A stretch of DNA of 64,000 nt from Candidatus Bathyarchaeia archaeon (GCA_035529595.1 DATKWK010000017.1:186961-250960); one strand, 5' to 3'; shown: positions 9,426-19,847, numbered from the stretch's first letter. Program-made: numbers and translations. The notes: generated by a model not told the origin, from the sequence alone.

Positions 9426-11624
9426 TTGGCTTACTCAAAAATCCATAAGATTTCTGAAGAAATTAAGATCGGTGACAAAATATTAAAACTCGAGACTGGT
9501 TATCTGGCTCAACAGGCAAATGCGGCAGTTTTGGCAAGGCTGGGCGATACCATGGTTTTAGCGACGGTTGTTTCAGCTCCTTCTCAGGAAGATTTAGATT
9601 ACTTTCCTCTTGGCGTTGAGTATATCGAGAGGCTCTATGCTGGTGGAAGAATTAAGGGGTCCCGGTGGGTTAAGAGGGAGGGACGACCTTCGGATGAGGC
9701 GACTCTGACCGCTCGTTTAGTAGACCGTTCCGTTCGTCCGCTTTTCCCTAAAGGATATAGTTGCCGTGTCCAGGTGATAATAACCGTTCTTTCGGTTGAT
9801 GCGGAAACCAGTCCTGATATTCCCGCAGCTTGTGCGACTAGTGCGGCTCTGGCAATTTCCAATGTTCCTTGGGAAGGGCCAATCGGCACAATCAGACTAG
9901 GTTATGTACCTAAGAATGGGCGGGAAGACTTCATTATTAACCCCACTTATCAAGATTTGGAATATTCAGAAATAGACTTAGTCCTTTCCGGAACCAAAGA
10001 GGCCGTTATCATGATGGAAGGCAAATTTCGTGAAATTCCGGAAAAAACCCTTATTGATTCTCTTGATTTTGCTACAAAGGAAATCAGAAAACTGGTTGAA
10101 AGTATTGAAAAATTCAGAAAAAAAGCCGGCAAGAGAAAACAATCTTTTGAGCCGTTGAAAGTCAATTGGGATCTGGTTGAACAAATCGAAAAAAAAGCTG
10201 GTCATGAAATTGAAGAAAGCGTTACTAAATCAGCTTTTTGTGAAGATAATGCTGTTCCTCTTGGAGAGATAACTACAGCGCTTCTCGAAAGTTTCCCTGA
10301 GGTCGAGAAAAGTCAGATGAGGTTGGCTTTAGAAGAGGTCGTGAAAAAGCTGGTTAGGATTAAGGTTATAAAAAAAGGCAAGAGAATTGATGGCCGGGGG
10401 CCAAAAGATATCCGGCCTTTGGAGATTGAAGTCGGCGTTTTACCCCGGACTCATGGTTCGGCGATGTTTAAGCGAGGTAATACTCAGGCGTTAACCGTAG
10501 CTACCTTAGGTTCTCCTTCATTGGAGCAGTTAATAGAGGGAATGGAAGGCGAGGAAACCAAAAGGTATATCCATCATTATTACATGCCGCCTTTTTCGGT
10601 CGGGGAAACAGGCAGATTAGGTTGGCCTTCCCGGAGAGAAATTGGTCACGGATCGTTGGCAGAGCAAGCTTTAGAACCAGTAATTCCCGGAGAAGAGAAG
10701 TTCCCCTACACGATAAGAGTCGTTTCTGAAATCATGTCTTCAAACGGTTCGACTTCGATGGCTTCGGTTTGTGGATCAACTCTTTCATTGATGGACGCCG
10801 GCGTACCGATCAAGGCGCCTGTTGCCGGTATAGCCATGGGGTTAATCAGCGACGGTAAGAAGCATATTATTCTGTCTGATATTTTAGGCCAAGAAGATTT
10901 CCAGGGTGATATGGATTTTAAGATAGCGGGAACGAGAACTGGAATTACTGCGATCCAAATGGATGTTAAAAATGCAGTGATTCCGCTTAAGGTTCTCGGT
11001 GAAGCGTTCAAACAGGCAAAAGAAGGACGAATCCATATTTTAAATGAAATGATCAAAGTGATGCCAGTTTCTCGTGATCAGGTTTCAAAATTTGCGCCCA
11101 AAATTGAAGTACTTCATATTCCTGTGGAAAAGATTGGCGATATTATCGGACCGGGTGGGCGGATGATTAGGAAAATTATTAGCGAGACCGGCGCGGCAAT
11201 TGATGTCGAAGATGATGGTTCTGTTAACGTTTCTTCGCCGGATAAAAGCGCGGTTGATAAAGCGGTAGCCATAATTAACGGAATTACCCGTGAGGTTAAA
11301 GTAGATGACGAATACGAAGGAATAGTAAAAAGAATACAGCCTTTTGGAGCTTTTGTAGAAATCGTGCCAGGTAAAGAAGGCTTGGTTCATGTGTCCCAGA
11401 TGTCGATGGATTATGTTAAAGATCCCGCCGATATTGTTAAAATTGGCCAAAAAGTTAAAGTGCGCGTTCGGGAAGTCGATGAATCTAAACGAATCAATCT
11501 GACAATGTTACCTAAAGGACAGATAAAACCAATGAGGGAAAGCCGACCCCGGTCGCGGTTTGATAAACCAAGTTTTTCTTCCTCAACTGCGCGTTCACGA
11601 TTTTCACCATCATCAAGAAGGTGA
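9426..11624 (+). CDS. pnp: Polyribonucleotide nucleotidyltransferase (PNPase) with an R/S-rich C-terminal tail
   Basis: Two RNase PH domains followed by KH and S1 domains. Canonical rpsO-pnp order. Confidence 0.95.
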   Translation: MAYSKIHKISEEIKIGDKILKLETGYLAQQANAAVLARLGDTMVLATVVSAPSQEDLDYFPLGVEYIERLYAGGRIKGSRWVKREGRPSDEATLTARLVDRSVRPLFPKGYSCRVQVIITVLSVDAETSPDIPAACATSAALAISNVPWEGPIGTIRLGYVPKNGREDFIINPTYQDLEYSEIDLVLSGTKEAVIMMEGKFREIPEKTLIDSLDFATKEIRKLVESIEKFRKKAGKRKQSFEPLKVNWDLVEQIEKKAGHEIEESVTKSAFCEDNAVPLGEITTALLESFPEVEKSQMRLALEEVVKKLVRIKVIKKGKRIDGRGPKDIRPLEIEVGVLPRTHGSAMFKRGNTQALTVATLGSPSLEQLIEGMEGEETKRYIHHYYMPPFSVGETGRLGWPSRREIGHGSLAEQALEPVIPGEEKFPYTIRVVSEIMSSNGSTSMASVCGSTLSLMDAGVPIKAPVAGIAMGLISDGKKHIILSDILGQEDFQGDMDFKIAGTRTGITAIQMDVKNAVIPLKVLGEAFKQAKEGRIHILNEMIKVMPVSRDQVSKFAPKIEVLHIPVEKIGDIIGPGGRMIRKIISETGAAIDVEDDGSVNVSSPDKSAVDKAVAIINGITREVKVDDEYEGIVKRIQPFGAFVEIVPGKEGLVHVSQMSMDYVKDPADIVKIGQKVKVRVREVDESKRINLTMLPKGQIKPMRESRPRSRFDKPSFSSSTARSRFSPSSRR

Positions 11625-11674
11625 TAATTGAATTTCTCTGACTCTGTTACTCAATGTAACTACTCAGATTCTTT

Positions 11675-11770
11675 GACACAATCCCGTCATTCCGTGCTTG
11701 ACACGGAATCTATATAGATCCTGAATCAAGTTCAGGATGACAAAGTGTGTCAGTAAATCTGAACCCTTAC
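11675..11770. repeat. Dispersed repeat family R1, copy a: nested hairpins plus a conserved 3' tail (gacaaagtgtgYcagtaaatctgaaccctta)
   Basis: Contains gtcattccgtg-cttga-cacggaatc and atcctgaa-tcaag-ttcaggat hairpins. The 3' ~35 nt are near-identical to the copy at 55287-55325. The 5' end (actctgtt...gtcattcc) is shared with the copy at 46188. Confidence 0.6.
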
Positions 11771-11839
11771 TACTCAATAAGATTCTTGTAGGAACTGTAG
11801 TCTTTGTGGTAATCTTAGGGTTAATTATTTTCTTAAGAA

Positions 11840-12931
11840 ATGATTATGGCCCAAGAGACAGAAGTCTTAGAAGAGATTGTTAAGCTGCAGGATAAGGTCA
11901 ATTCAGTCACCCTTCCCCCGGAGCTCAAGGAGAGGATACTTTTAATGGTTAAGAGATTGGGCCGGATGATTAAATATGGCGGCTATTCAACGGAATATGA
12001 ACGAACCGCTTATTATATCGAATGGATAACTTCTTTGCCTTGGGTGAAGAGAAGCGAAGACGCCCTTGATCTTACGAATGCGGAAAAGATTCTTAATAAG
12101 AACCATTATGGTTTGCAAGAAGTTAAAGACCGGATTTTGGAATACCTGGCCGTCTTAGCTCTCAGGGTTAAAAAAGGAAAAAAAATCGGTTCGGAGGCAG
12201 GCGAAGGAATCTTAAAGTTTATGAGAGCGCCGATTATTGCTTTGGTAGGTTTAGTGGGAACAGGGAAAACTACTCTTGCCTACTCAATTGCCGAAGCTAT
12301 GGGAAGAGAATTTGCCCGGGTTCCTTTCGGAGGAATGGGTAGTGCTCTTGATTTGCGGGGCCAATCGCGAGTTCATCCCGACGCTGAGGTAGGCCTTATT
12401 ATCAAGGCAATCAAACGATGTGGTAGTAAGAATCCGGTTATTCTTCTTGATGAAATTGACCGGGTGGGTGACGAGGCGAGGGCGGATATTATGGGTGTTT
12501 TGGTCGAGTTGTTGGACCCGGAGCAAAACATGGCTTTTCGCGACCACTTTATCGACTACCCTTTCGATCTTTCTGAAGTTCTTTTCATTGCTACTTGTAA
12601 TAACACCGCCAATATTGCTACGGCGGTAATGGACCGGATTGAACCAATCCGCATGCCTTCTTATACAGATCAAGAAAAAATTACCATCGGCCGGGACTTT
12701 ATTCTTCCGAAAGTCTTAAAAGAAAGCGGTCTTGAAGAAGAAAATTTGATTATTGATGAAGATGTCTGGCCCAAAATTGTGAGGCCGCTTGGTTACGATG
12801 CCGGCATCCGGACCCTTGGCCGGACAATCAACGGTGTTTGTCGTAAGATTGCCCGCACGATAGTTGAAGGTAAAGAAACTCGGTTTCACATCACTAACGA
12901 AAATGTTAAGCAATTCCTCCCCAGCTGGTAG
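11840..12931 (+). CDS. Lon-like AAA+ ATPase module without a LON N-domain and without a protease domain
   Basis: Near-identical to the Lon AAA+ core (NHYGLQEVKDRILEYLAV; Walker A GLVGTGKTT; Walker B ILLDEID; LDPEQN...FDLS sensor region). The ORF ends right after the alpha-helical lid. No DGPSAG Ser-Lys protease domain is found here or in the next ORF. Confidence 0.75.
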   Translation: MIMAQETEVLEEIVKLQDKVNSVTLPPELKERILLMVKRLGRMIKYGGYSTEYERTAYYIEWITSLPWVKRSEDALDLTNAEKILNKNHYGLQEVKDRILEYLAVLALRVKKGKKIGSEAGEGILKFMRAPIIALVGLVGTGKTTLAYSIAEAMGREFARVPFGGMGSALDLRGQSRVHPDAEVGLIIKAIKRCGSKNPVILLDEIDRVGDEARADIMGVLVELLDPEQNMAFRDHFIDYPFDLSEVLFIATCNNTANIATAVMDRIEPIRMPSYTDQEKITIGRDFILPKVLKESGLEEENLIIDEDVWPKIVRPLGYDAGIRTLGRTINGVCRKIARTIVEGKETRFHITNENVKQFLPSW

Positions 12932-12946
12932 AAGTCAGTATTAATC

Positions 12947-13525
12947 ATGAATCTGAAAAGAATTATTAAAGCTGTGCAACGATTCGATAAACAAGAAAGA
13001 GAGAAGGATAACTCTCCACCGTTAATTCTTCAGCAAATCCTTATTGATAAAACTAAGAAGCTTTGCCAAAAGGCGGGAGCGGATGAAAATATAGCCTTGA
13101 TTGGCGCCTATCTAATGGATATTAAAGTTGGTCAGGCTCTCAGGGAAGGTCGGATTCAGGATCATATAAATATGAGCTTACAGGCTGGGAGAGACTTCTT
13201 GGGGAAATTCAATCTGCCCGAACAGCTCGTAAAAAAGATAGAGAATATTATCGAAGCTCATCACGCGTCTGTTCCCTATGAAAGTCTTGAAGCTGAAATT
13301 GTCGCTAATGCCGATTGCTTTAAATTCCTTCACCCTCGGGGAGCAATTTTTTTCTTGACAGACTTGGGTAGAAGGAAGATGGAGTTTGATCAAGTCCTTG
13401 ATTATTTTGAAACTAAAATAGAGGAAAAAAATAAAATTATTTCTCTTGATGTTTGTAAACATGAGGCAGAAAGATATTACCGAATGCTCAAGAACCTGGT
13501 TAGTTCTTCAAGAAAACTGGTTTAG
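12947..13525 (+). CDS. Hypothetical protein, possibly an HD-domain-like fold with a degenerate metal-binding motif
   Basis: EAHHAS and ANADCFKFLH resemble the late HD-domain motifs. The canonical HD dyad position reads MD (LIGAYLMDI). Weak call. Confidence 0.3.
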   Translation: MNLKRIIKAVQRFDKQEREKDNSPPLILQQILIDKTKKLCQKAGADENIALIGAYLMDIKVGQALREGRIQDHINMSLQAGRDFLGKFNLPEQLVKKIENIIEAHHASVPYESLEAEIVANADCFKFLHPRGAIFFLTDLGRRKMEFDQVLDYFETKIEEKNKIISLDVCKHEAERYYRMLKNLVSSSRKLV

Positions 13526-13576
13526 TTATGAATACTTGGGTTGTTTGTCTAACTATAATCAAACGAAAAGTAGACT

Positions 13577-14221
13577 ATGGTTGTGCGACAACAGGATAAA
13601 AAAGAAGAACTAGACAATATTGCGCAGCAGATTAATAAATGTAACCAGTGCCGTCTCTATAGGCAAGCTTTGCGTGCTGTTCCTGGGAGCGGTGATCCTG
13701 ATGCTAAAATCATATTTATTGGCGAGGGGCCGGGTTATCATGAAGACCAGCAGGGATTGCCGTTTGTTGGCGCAGCCGGTAAATTGCTTGACCGCCTATT
13801 ACAAATGATTGATCTGGCTCGAGACGCGGTTTGGATTGGCAATGTAGTTAAACATCGACCACCGGAAAACCGCGAGCCTCTCCCGGAAGAAATTGAAGCT
13901 TGTCAGCCTTTTCTGAATGAACAGATAAAGATTATTGATCCTGAAATTATTGTCACTTTAGGTCGTTTTTCCCTGGAAAAATTTTTACCCGGGGAGAAAA
14001 TTTCCCGTATTCATGGTCAAGCCAGGTATGTCGAATTTGCCGGTAAAAAGAGGATTATTATCCCTATGTATCATCCGGCGGCTGCCCTAAGAAACGGTTT
14101 AATTATGGAGCAGATCAAAAAAGATTTCAAAAAGATTCCTCAGTTTTTATCCGGTCGAGAAGATACGCCTCAGTTAGAAGAAATAAACGAGCCGGAGGAG
14201 AAACAGATGAAGTTATTTTGA
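13577..14221 (+). CDS. Uracil-DNA glycosylase, family 4 (Fe-S type)
   Basis: CNQCRLY...VPGSGDPDAKIIFIGEGPGYHEDQQGLPFVGAAGKLLD matches the family-4 UDG signature. Confidence 0.8.
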   Translation: MVVRQQDKKEELDNIAQQINKCNQCRLYRQALRAVPGSGDPDAKIIFIGEGPGYHEDQQGLPFVGAAGKLLDRLLQMIDLARDAVWIGNVVKHRPPENREPLPEEIEACQPFLNEQIKIIDPEIIVTLGRFSLEKFLPGEKISRIHGQARYVEFAGKKRIIIPMYHPAAALRNGLIMEQIKKDFKKIPQFLSGREDTPQLEEINEPEEKQMKLF

Positions 14222-14314
14222 GGCACGACTACTCCATTTCTTTTCAGAATTAAGCTAAAGTATTGTATAATGTTGTTAAGCTTTAACAGCTTCTAATTTA
14301 GTTAATAGTTATAG

Positions 14315-16444
14315 ATGGGAAAACGGAGAAAGAAAAAATCGTTAATTGTCTCAGGCAAGTCGAGCCGGGGACGGCGCCGTAAACCTTTCAGGCTCAAACT
14401 TAAAAGAGAGACTGTTTATACTTTTTCATCAGTAATTCTATTCGTAATTGCCGGTATCATTATTTTGTCTTTTTCCCGCCAGGGAATTCTCTTAGCTAAA
14501 CTTTTTGATTCTTTAACTAATCTCTTAGGTTGGGGGATTATTTTTGTGCCCTTCTTCTTTTTAAGTGCTGGCCTGATGCTTTCCCGCCTTAAATGGCAAG
14601 TTACCAGACCTAATGTCTTTGTTGGAACAGCACTTTTGCTATTTTCTTTCATTTCTTTAACTAAATCAGGTAGAGTCGGTTTCACTATTTGGGATCGCTT
14701 AGCTTTTCTAGTTACCGATCTTGGGGCTTTGTTGATATTCTCGGGTTTAATAACGATTAGTTTTGTCGTAACTTTTAACACCTCCCTTGAAGAAATTTTT
14801 GTATTTTTTGCTAATTTTCTTTTGACAACGAGGAAAATTTTTCGAGCAATGCAAAAAGTTAAAAAACCTAAATATATTCTTTCTAAACCAACCGCCTCAT
14901 ATGAGGATCAGAAAATCAGGATAAAAGAAGCAGGAATAGGAAAAAAAGAGGAAAAGAAAGGAGAAGCTCTAGTTTCTGAACTGGTGGCTTCATTTCCGAC
15001 TCAGGGAAAATTGTGGAAATATCCTTCACTTTCTCTTCTTGAGGATACTGTCGGTGGGAAAGCGGACCGTGGCGATATTAAACAAAATGCCGACATTATT
15101 GAAAAGACTCTTGAATCATTTGGGATTTCGGCTCGCGTGGTTGAGGTTAATCTTGGACCAGCGGTTACTCAGTATGCTCTGGAGATTGCTTTAGGGACAA
15201 AGCTATCGAAAATTACTTCACTGGCTAATGACTTAGCTTTGGCTTTGGCCGCATCAACTGGTCAAATAAGAATCGAAGCTCCCATCCCCGGCCGTTCCTT
15301 GGTAGGTGTTGAGGTACCAAATCATGTTCCCGAATTCGTCTCCTTGAAAAAGATGCTGATATCCAATGAGATGAAGTCAGCTAAATCGAAACTAACAGTC
15401 GGCTTGGGCCTTGATGTTTCCGGCAAGCCGAAGGTTGCCGATATCGGCCGAATGCCTCATGTTTTGATTGCCGGAGCTACCGGCAGCGGTAAGTCGGTTT
15501 GCATCAACTCTTTCATTACCGGAATCCTTTTCCGGGCTTCTCCTGATGAAGTTAAGTTTATTCTTGTTGATCCGAAACGGGTAGAACTTACCCAATATAA
15601 TGGGATTCCTCACCTTTTGACACCGGTGATTTTTGAGCCTGATAAGGTGCTTTCTGCTTTAAAGTGGGCGATTAGTGAAATGGATCGGCGTTACAAGCTT
15701 TTCGCCGAAGTCGGCGTTAGAAACGTTGATAGCTACAATGAACTTTCCGGCCTGACGATTCTTCCCTATATTATTATTTTCATTGATGAATTGGCTGATA
15801 TTATGTTGTTTGCTCCGGCGGAAGTTGAAGATACGATTTGTCGGATTGCCCAAATGGCACGGGCTACCGGAATTCATCTGGTAATTTCTACTCAAAGGCC
15901 ATCAGTGGACGTAATTACCGGTCTGATTAAGGCCAATATCCCCTGCCGGGTTGCCTTTAATGTTTCTTCACAAGTTGATTCGCGGGTGATTATCGATACC
16001 CCGGGAGCGGAAAAGCTTTTAGGTAAGGGTGACATGCTTTATATCCCTCCCGATCAGGCAAAACCTTCAAGGATCCAGGGAACGTTTGTGTCTGATACTG
16101 AGATCCAGAGACTGATCGGCTTTTTAAGAGAATCCGGCGTTGCTCCTGTTTATACCGAAGAGGTGACTCGTATTCAATCTCTTAAGAGTGGTATAGGTGC
16201 GGATTTTGATCAAGAAGAAAAAGACGATCTGTTTGAAGAAGCAGTCAGAGTAGTTTGTCGTTTTGAAAGAGCTTCTGCCTCGTTACTACAGCGTCGTTTA
16301 AAGGTTGGTTACGCCAGGGCTGCCCGGATTTTAGACCAACTTGAAAAAGCCGGCATCATTGGTCCGGGCGAAGGGGCTAAACCGAGGGATATTTTGGTCC
16401 GCAGTCCCGAAGAATATTTATCTTCCCAAGAGGGCGAATCATAA
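14315..16444 (+). CDS. ftsK: DNA translocase FtsK/SpoIIIE
   Basis: Basic N-terminus, four TM segments, a linker, the motor domain (GATGSGKS, DELAD) and a C-terminal gamma winged-helix domain (LLQRRLKVGYARAARILDQLE). Confidence 0.9.
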   Translation: MGKRRKKKSLIVSGKSSRGRRRKPFRLKLKRETVYTFSSVILFVIAGIIILSFSRQGILLAKLFDSLTNLLGWGIIFVPFFFLSAGLMLSRLKWQVTRPNVFVGTALLLFSFISLTKSGRVGFTIWDRLAFLVTDLGALLIFSGLITISFVVTFNTSLEEIFVFFANFLLTTRKIFRAMQKVKKPKYILSKPTASYEDQKIRIKEAGIGKKEEKKGEALVSELVASFPTQGKLWKYPSLSLLEDTVGGKADRGDIKQNADIIEKTLESFGISARVVEVNLGPAVTQYALEIALGTKLSKITSLANDLALALAASTGQIRIEAPIPGRSLVGVEVPNHVPEFVSLKKMLISNEMKSAKSKLTVGLGLDVSGKPKVADIGRMPHVLIAGATGSGKSVCINSFITGILFRASPDEVKFILVDPKRVELTQYNGIPHLLTPVIFEPDKVLSALKWAISEMDRRYKLFAEVGVRNVDSYNELSGLTILPYIIIFIDELADIMLFAPAEVEDTICRIAQMARATGIHLVISTQRPSVDVITGLIKANIPCRVAFNVSSQVDSRVIIDTPGAEKLLGKGDMLYIPPDQAKPSRIQGTFVSDTEIQRLIGFLRESGVAPVYTEEVTRIQSLKSGIGADFDQEEKDDLFEEAVRVVCRFERASASLLQRRLKVGYARAARILDQLEKAGIIGPGEGAKPRDILVRSPEEYLSSQEGES

Positions 16445-16519
16445 ATCCAAAATCTTGTTATATTGCTCTGTTTGGTCGATGTTTTGGGAGAGCTTAATCA
16501 CTTTTATTTGACATGTTCT

Positions 16520-17170
16520 ATGAAAACTGTCGGCAGGATTCTTTTTGAGGCTAGAAAGAGAAAAGGGATTAAATTGAAGATTGTGGCTGAGGCGACCAAA
16601 ATCAGGCCGCGATTCCTGAAAGCGATAGAGACAAATGACTTTGCTAAACTCCCTTCATCTTTGGCTGCCCACGGGTTTATAAAGAATTATGCTGATTTCT
16701 TGGGAGTACCGCCCAAGTTTGCTCTTGCCGTCTTTCGTCGCGATTTTGCTTCTGATGAAAAAGGTAAAATCGTCCCTCGAGGTTTAGTTAAACCTCTGGA
16801 TAGTCCTAAATTTTTTACTTCTCCTCGGGTTGGTCTTTATTTGGTAACGGTGGTATTTATTGTAGGAATTCTTTTCTACCTGCTTTTCCAATATTCTTCT
16901 TTGATTCGCGGTCCTTTTCTTGAAGTTGACAGTCCCGAGAAGCAAGCCGAAGTCTTGACTGACCCTGTCGGAGTTGCGGGCCGAACTGAACCCGATGCAA
17001 CGGTAAAGGTTAATGGTGGATTAATTAATGTTTTTCCTGACGGTCACTTTTATACCACTGTCTCTTTACGAATCGGCAAAAATCTGATCGTTATTGAAGC
17101 GGCCAATAAGATGGGGAAAATAAAAAGAGTCGTTAGAGAGGTTTTTCAGGAGCTGCCTACTCCGAGCTGA
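16520..17170 (+). CDS. RodZ-like cytoskeleton protein (N-terminal XRE-type HTH, one TM segment, C-terminal domain)
   Basis: MKTVGRILFEARKRKGIKLKIVAEATKIRPRFLKAIE is the HTH. A TM segment (LYLVTVVFIVGILFYLLF) follows. Start set at the ATG at 16520; the ORF-track start at 16463 lacks similarity. Confidence 0.55.
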   Translation: MKTVGRILFEARKRKGIKLKIVAEATKIRPRFLKAIETNDFAKLPSSLAAHGFIKNYADFLGVPPKFALAVFRRDFASDEKGKIVPRGLVKPLDSPKFFTSPRVGLYLVTVVFIVGILFYLLFQYSSLIRGPFLEVDSPEKQAEVLTDPVGVAGRTEPDATVKVNGGLINVFPDGHFYTTVSLRIGKNLIVIEAANKMGKIKRVVREVFQELPTPS

Positions 17171-17253
17171 ACTTTTTGTTTCGGTTTATAAAATCGTGGT
17201 TGACAGTTTTTCTGCCGTATATCAAAATAGATTAAGTTTTTAACAAGGAGGAG

Positions 17254-17538
17254 GTGTCAATGATTGACTTTACGCAAGCAATTCTCGTTATGGTGGTTAC
17301 TACGATTACCGTTCTTTTAATCGTGGTCGGGATTCAGGTTTACAATATCTTGAAAGAGTTTCAAGAGACAATCAAGAGAGCCAATAAAATTCTTGATGAT
17401 ATCGGAACAGTTTCCGAATCGATCGCCAAACCGATTTCCTCGGCCGCAGATATTTTAACCGGCGCTACCGGAATTACCGGTCTTTTAGGTTGGCTGGTGA
17501 GTCGGAAAAAGAAAGAAAAGGGGAAAAAAGATGAATGA
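17254..17538 (+). CDS. Small membrane protein (DUF948-like)
   Basis: A strong SD (aaggaggaggtg) precedes the ATG. Single N-terminal TM segment followed by an amphipathic helix. Confidence 0.4.
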   Translation: MSMIDFTQAILVMVVTTITVLLIVVGIQVYNILKEFQETIKRANKILDDIGTVSESIAKPISSAADILTGATGITGLLGWLVSRKKKEKGKKDE

Positions 17539-17908
17539 AAAAGAACGCGGGAACGGTTTTTTTTCCAGTTTTATTTTAGGTGCTCTGGTCGGGGCTGTTC
17601 TAGTTTTTTTATTTGGCACTGATGAGGGTAAAAAAATAAAGGATCAGTTAGCTCAGAAAGGCAAGGAATTAGTTGACGATCTACCGGAAATGATTAGCGA
17701 TCTTGAGAAACAAGGCCAAGAATTTGTCGAAAATACGGGAGATGTCAGGAGGAAATTGGAAGCTAAGGCCAGAGAACTGTCGCCGAAGGTTAAAAAAGAA
17801 GTCGAAAAATCGCTTTCGAATATTGAGGAGGCCCAAGGAAAAGGCCATACAATAACGGCAGCCTTCCGTAAGCATTTCTTTACCCGGAGAGGAAAGAGAT
17901 TAGGGTGA
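17531..17908 (+). CDS. YtxH-like small membrane protein
   Basis: N-terminal GFFSSFILGALVGAVLVFLFG followed by a charged coiled region, typical of the YtxH family. Overlaps the preceding gene by 8 nt. Confidence 0.45.
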   Translation: MNEKERGNGFFSSFILGALVGAVLVFLFGTDEGKKIKDQLAQKGKELVDDLPEMISDLEKQGQEFVENTGDVRRKLEAKARELSPKVKKEVEKSLSNIEEAQGKGHTITAAFRKHFFTRRGKRLG

Positions 17909-17975
17909 TATCGTTTTTGTTTGAGATAAGCGCTTCTGATTGCCAGCCTCGGAAGATTCTTCTATAATAGATACG

Positions 17976-19847
17976 ATGACTAAAGCTGGGGATTTAAGAG
18001 AAAAATACTTGTCTTTTTTTGAAAAAAGAGGCCACACGCGGATTCCTTCAAGTTCGCTAGTTCCGGAAAACGACCCGACTACCCTTTTTACCGGTTCAGG
18101 AATGCAGTCCTTGATGCCTTATCTTTTAGGTGAAAAGCATCCCTTGGGTACCCGCTTGACCAATAGTCAGCTTTGCTTTCGGGCCCAGGATATTGAAGAA
18201 GTCGGCGACAACCGGCACACGACTTTTTTCGAGATGTTAGGCAACTGGTCGCTTGGCGATTACTATAAAAAGGATCAATTAACTTGGTTTTTTGAGTTTT
18301 TAACCAAAGAAGCCGGTCTTGATTCGCAAAGGCTTTATGTATCTGTTTTTGATGGCAATTGGGAATACAAAGTTTTTTGTAACGATAAGTATCAACCGTT
18401 AGCGCCTGATTTGGAATCGATTAAAATTTGGGGCGATTTATTTGGAATAAAGAAGTATCAAACCGCTAAAAACGGTTTTGATCCGAAGGTTAAAATTTAC
18501 TGTTACGGTGTTGATAAAAATTGGTGGTCAAGGGCAGGAACGCCGTCCGAAATGCCGGCCGGAGAAATCGGCGGGCCGGATTCTGAGGTTTTTTACGACT
18601 TCGGCGCTGAACTAAAGCTACACGAGAATTCACCCTATGCCGACCAAGTTTGTCACCTTAACTGTAATTGCGGACGTTTTTTGGAAATCGGCAACTCGGT
18701 CTTCATGGAATATCGAAAGACGAGCACTGGTGTTTTAACTGGACTGCCGAAAAGAAATGTTGACTTCGGTGGCGGTTTGGAGCGGATTTTGGCGGCCGAG
18801 CATAATCAGCCGGATATTTTCAAGACCGAACTTTTCTGGCCGATGATTAGCGAAATTGTCAGAGTTTCCGGTAGGAAGTATCAAAATAACGAAGCGGCAA
18901 TGCGGGTAGTGGTTGATCATTTAAAAGCAGCCATCTTCATGGCAGAACAGAATCTTGAACCCAGTAACAAAGGTCAGGGTTATGTAATGCGTCGGTTGAT
19001 CAGAAGGTCAGTGGTTAAAATGATGACAATCGGAATCGCGCCCTTAAAAATAATTCTTCCGATGTCCAATTTAATTAAAGAGATTTATGGAGATTCATAT
19101 TTCCATAAGCAACCTCGTGAACTGCAAGTGATAATTAGTGATGAAATTGATGATTTTTTAAAAAACATTAGTAAGTGGGCTAAAGCCTTAAAAGGACCGA
19201 TTGACGGGAAAATTCTTTTCGATTTGTATCAGAGCTGTGGGGTTCCCTTAGAAATTTCTCAGGAATTACTTAAACAATGGAATCGAGAGATTCCTAAGCA
19301 GGAGATGTTGGAGTTTGAAAAATTAAAAAAAGAGCATCAAGAAAAATCTCGCACGGCTGCCGAATGTATATTTAAAGGTGGTTTAGCTGACCATTCTGAG
19401 GCAGTTACTAGGCTTCATACTGTGACTCACCTTCTTCATCAAGCATTGCGAGATGTTTTAGGTAGTCACATTAGGCAAGTAGGTAGTAATATTACCGCTC
19501 AACGGCTGAGATTTGATTTTTCACATTCGGAGAAGTTAACTGAGAAACAAATTAAAAAAGTTGAGGAGATTATTAACGAAAAGATTGATAAAAATTTACC
19601 AGTTGTGCCAAAAACAATGACCCTGAAAGAAGCCAAGAAACAAGGAGCCTTGGCTTTCTTTACCCAGAAGTACAGTGAAAAAGTGAAAGTGTATTCTATC
19701 GGTAATTACTCTTGTGAAGTTTGTGGCGGTCCGCATGTGGCGAACACAAGCGAGATTGGTCGTGTTAAAATAAGGAAACAAGAAAGTATCGGTGCCGGTC
19801 GTCGGCGCTTCTATGCAGTTATTGAGTGCCTGCCAAATGGATCCTAG
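17976..19847 (+). CDS. alaS: Alanine--tRNA ligase, short form (catalytic plus editing domains, no C-Ala domain)
   Basis: Catalytic core motifs (FTGSGMQ, FFEMLGNWS). Editing-domain HxxxH (HTVTHLLHQAL) and Cys motif (CGGPHV). Start placed at MTKAGDLREKYLSFFEKRGH; the ORF-track start is at 17940. Confidence 0.85.
   Translation: MTKAGDLREKYLSFFEKRGHTRIPSSSLVPENDPTTLFTGSGMQSLMPYLLGEKHPLGTRLTNSQLCFRAQDIEEVGDNRHTTFFEMLGNWSLGDYYKKDQLTWFFEFLTKEAGLDSQRLYVSVFDGNWEYKVFCNDKYQPLAPDLESIKIWGDLFGIKKYQTAKNGFDPKVKIYCYGVDKNWWSRAGTPSEMPAGEIGGPDSEVFYDFGAELKLHENSPYADQVCHLNCNCGRFLEIGNSVFMEYRKTSTGVLTGLPKRNVDFGGGLERILAAEHNQPDIFKTELFWPMISEIVRVSGRKYQNNEAAMRVVVDHLKAAIFMAEQNLEPSNKGQGYVMRRLIRRSVVKMMTIGIAPLKIILPMSNLIKEIYGDSYFHKQPRELQVIISDEIDDFLKNISKWAKALKGPIDGKILFDLYQSCGVPLEISQELLKQWNREIPKQEMLEFEKLKKEHQEKSRTAAECIFKGGLADHSEAVTRLHTVTHLLHQALRDVLGSHIRQVGSNITAQRLRFDFSHSEKLTEKQIKKVEEIINEKIDKNLPVVPKTMTLKEAKKQGALAFFTQKYSEKVKVYSIGNYSCEVCGGPHVANTSEIGRVKIRKQESIGAGRRRFYAVIECLPNGS

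Noticed and set aside
12947-13525. Possibility that the ORF after the Lon-like gene encodes the missing Lon protease domain
   Set aside because: No DGPSAG or Ser-Lys dyad context. The sequence looks like a partial HD fold instead.
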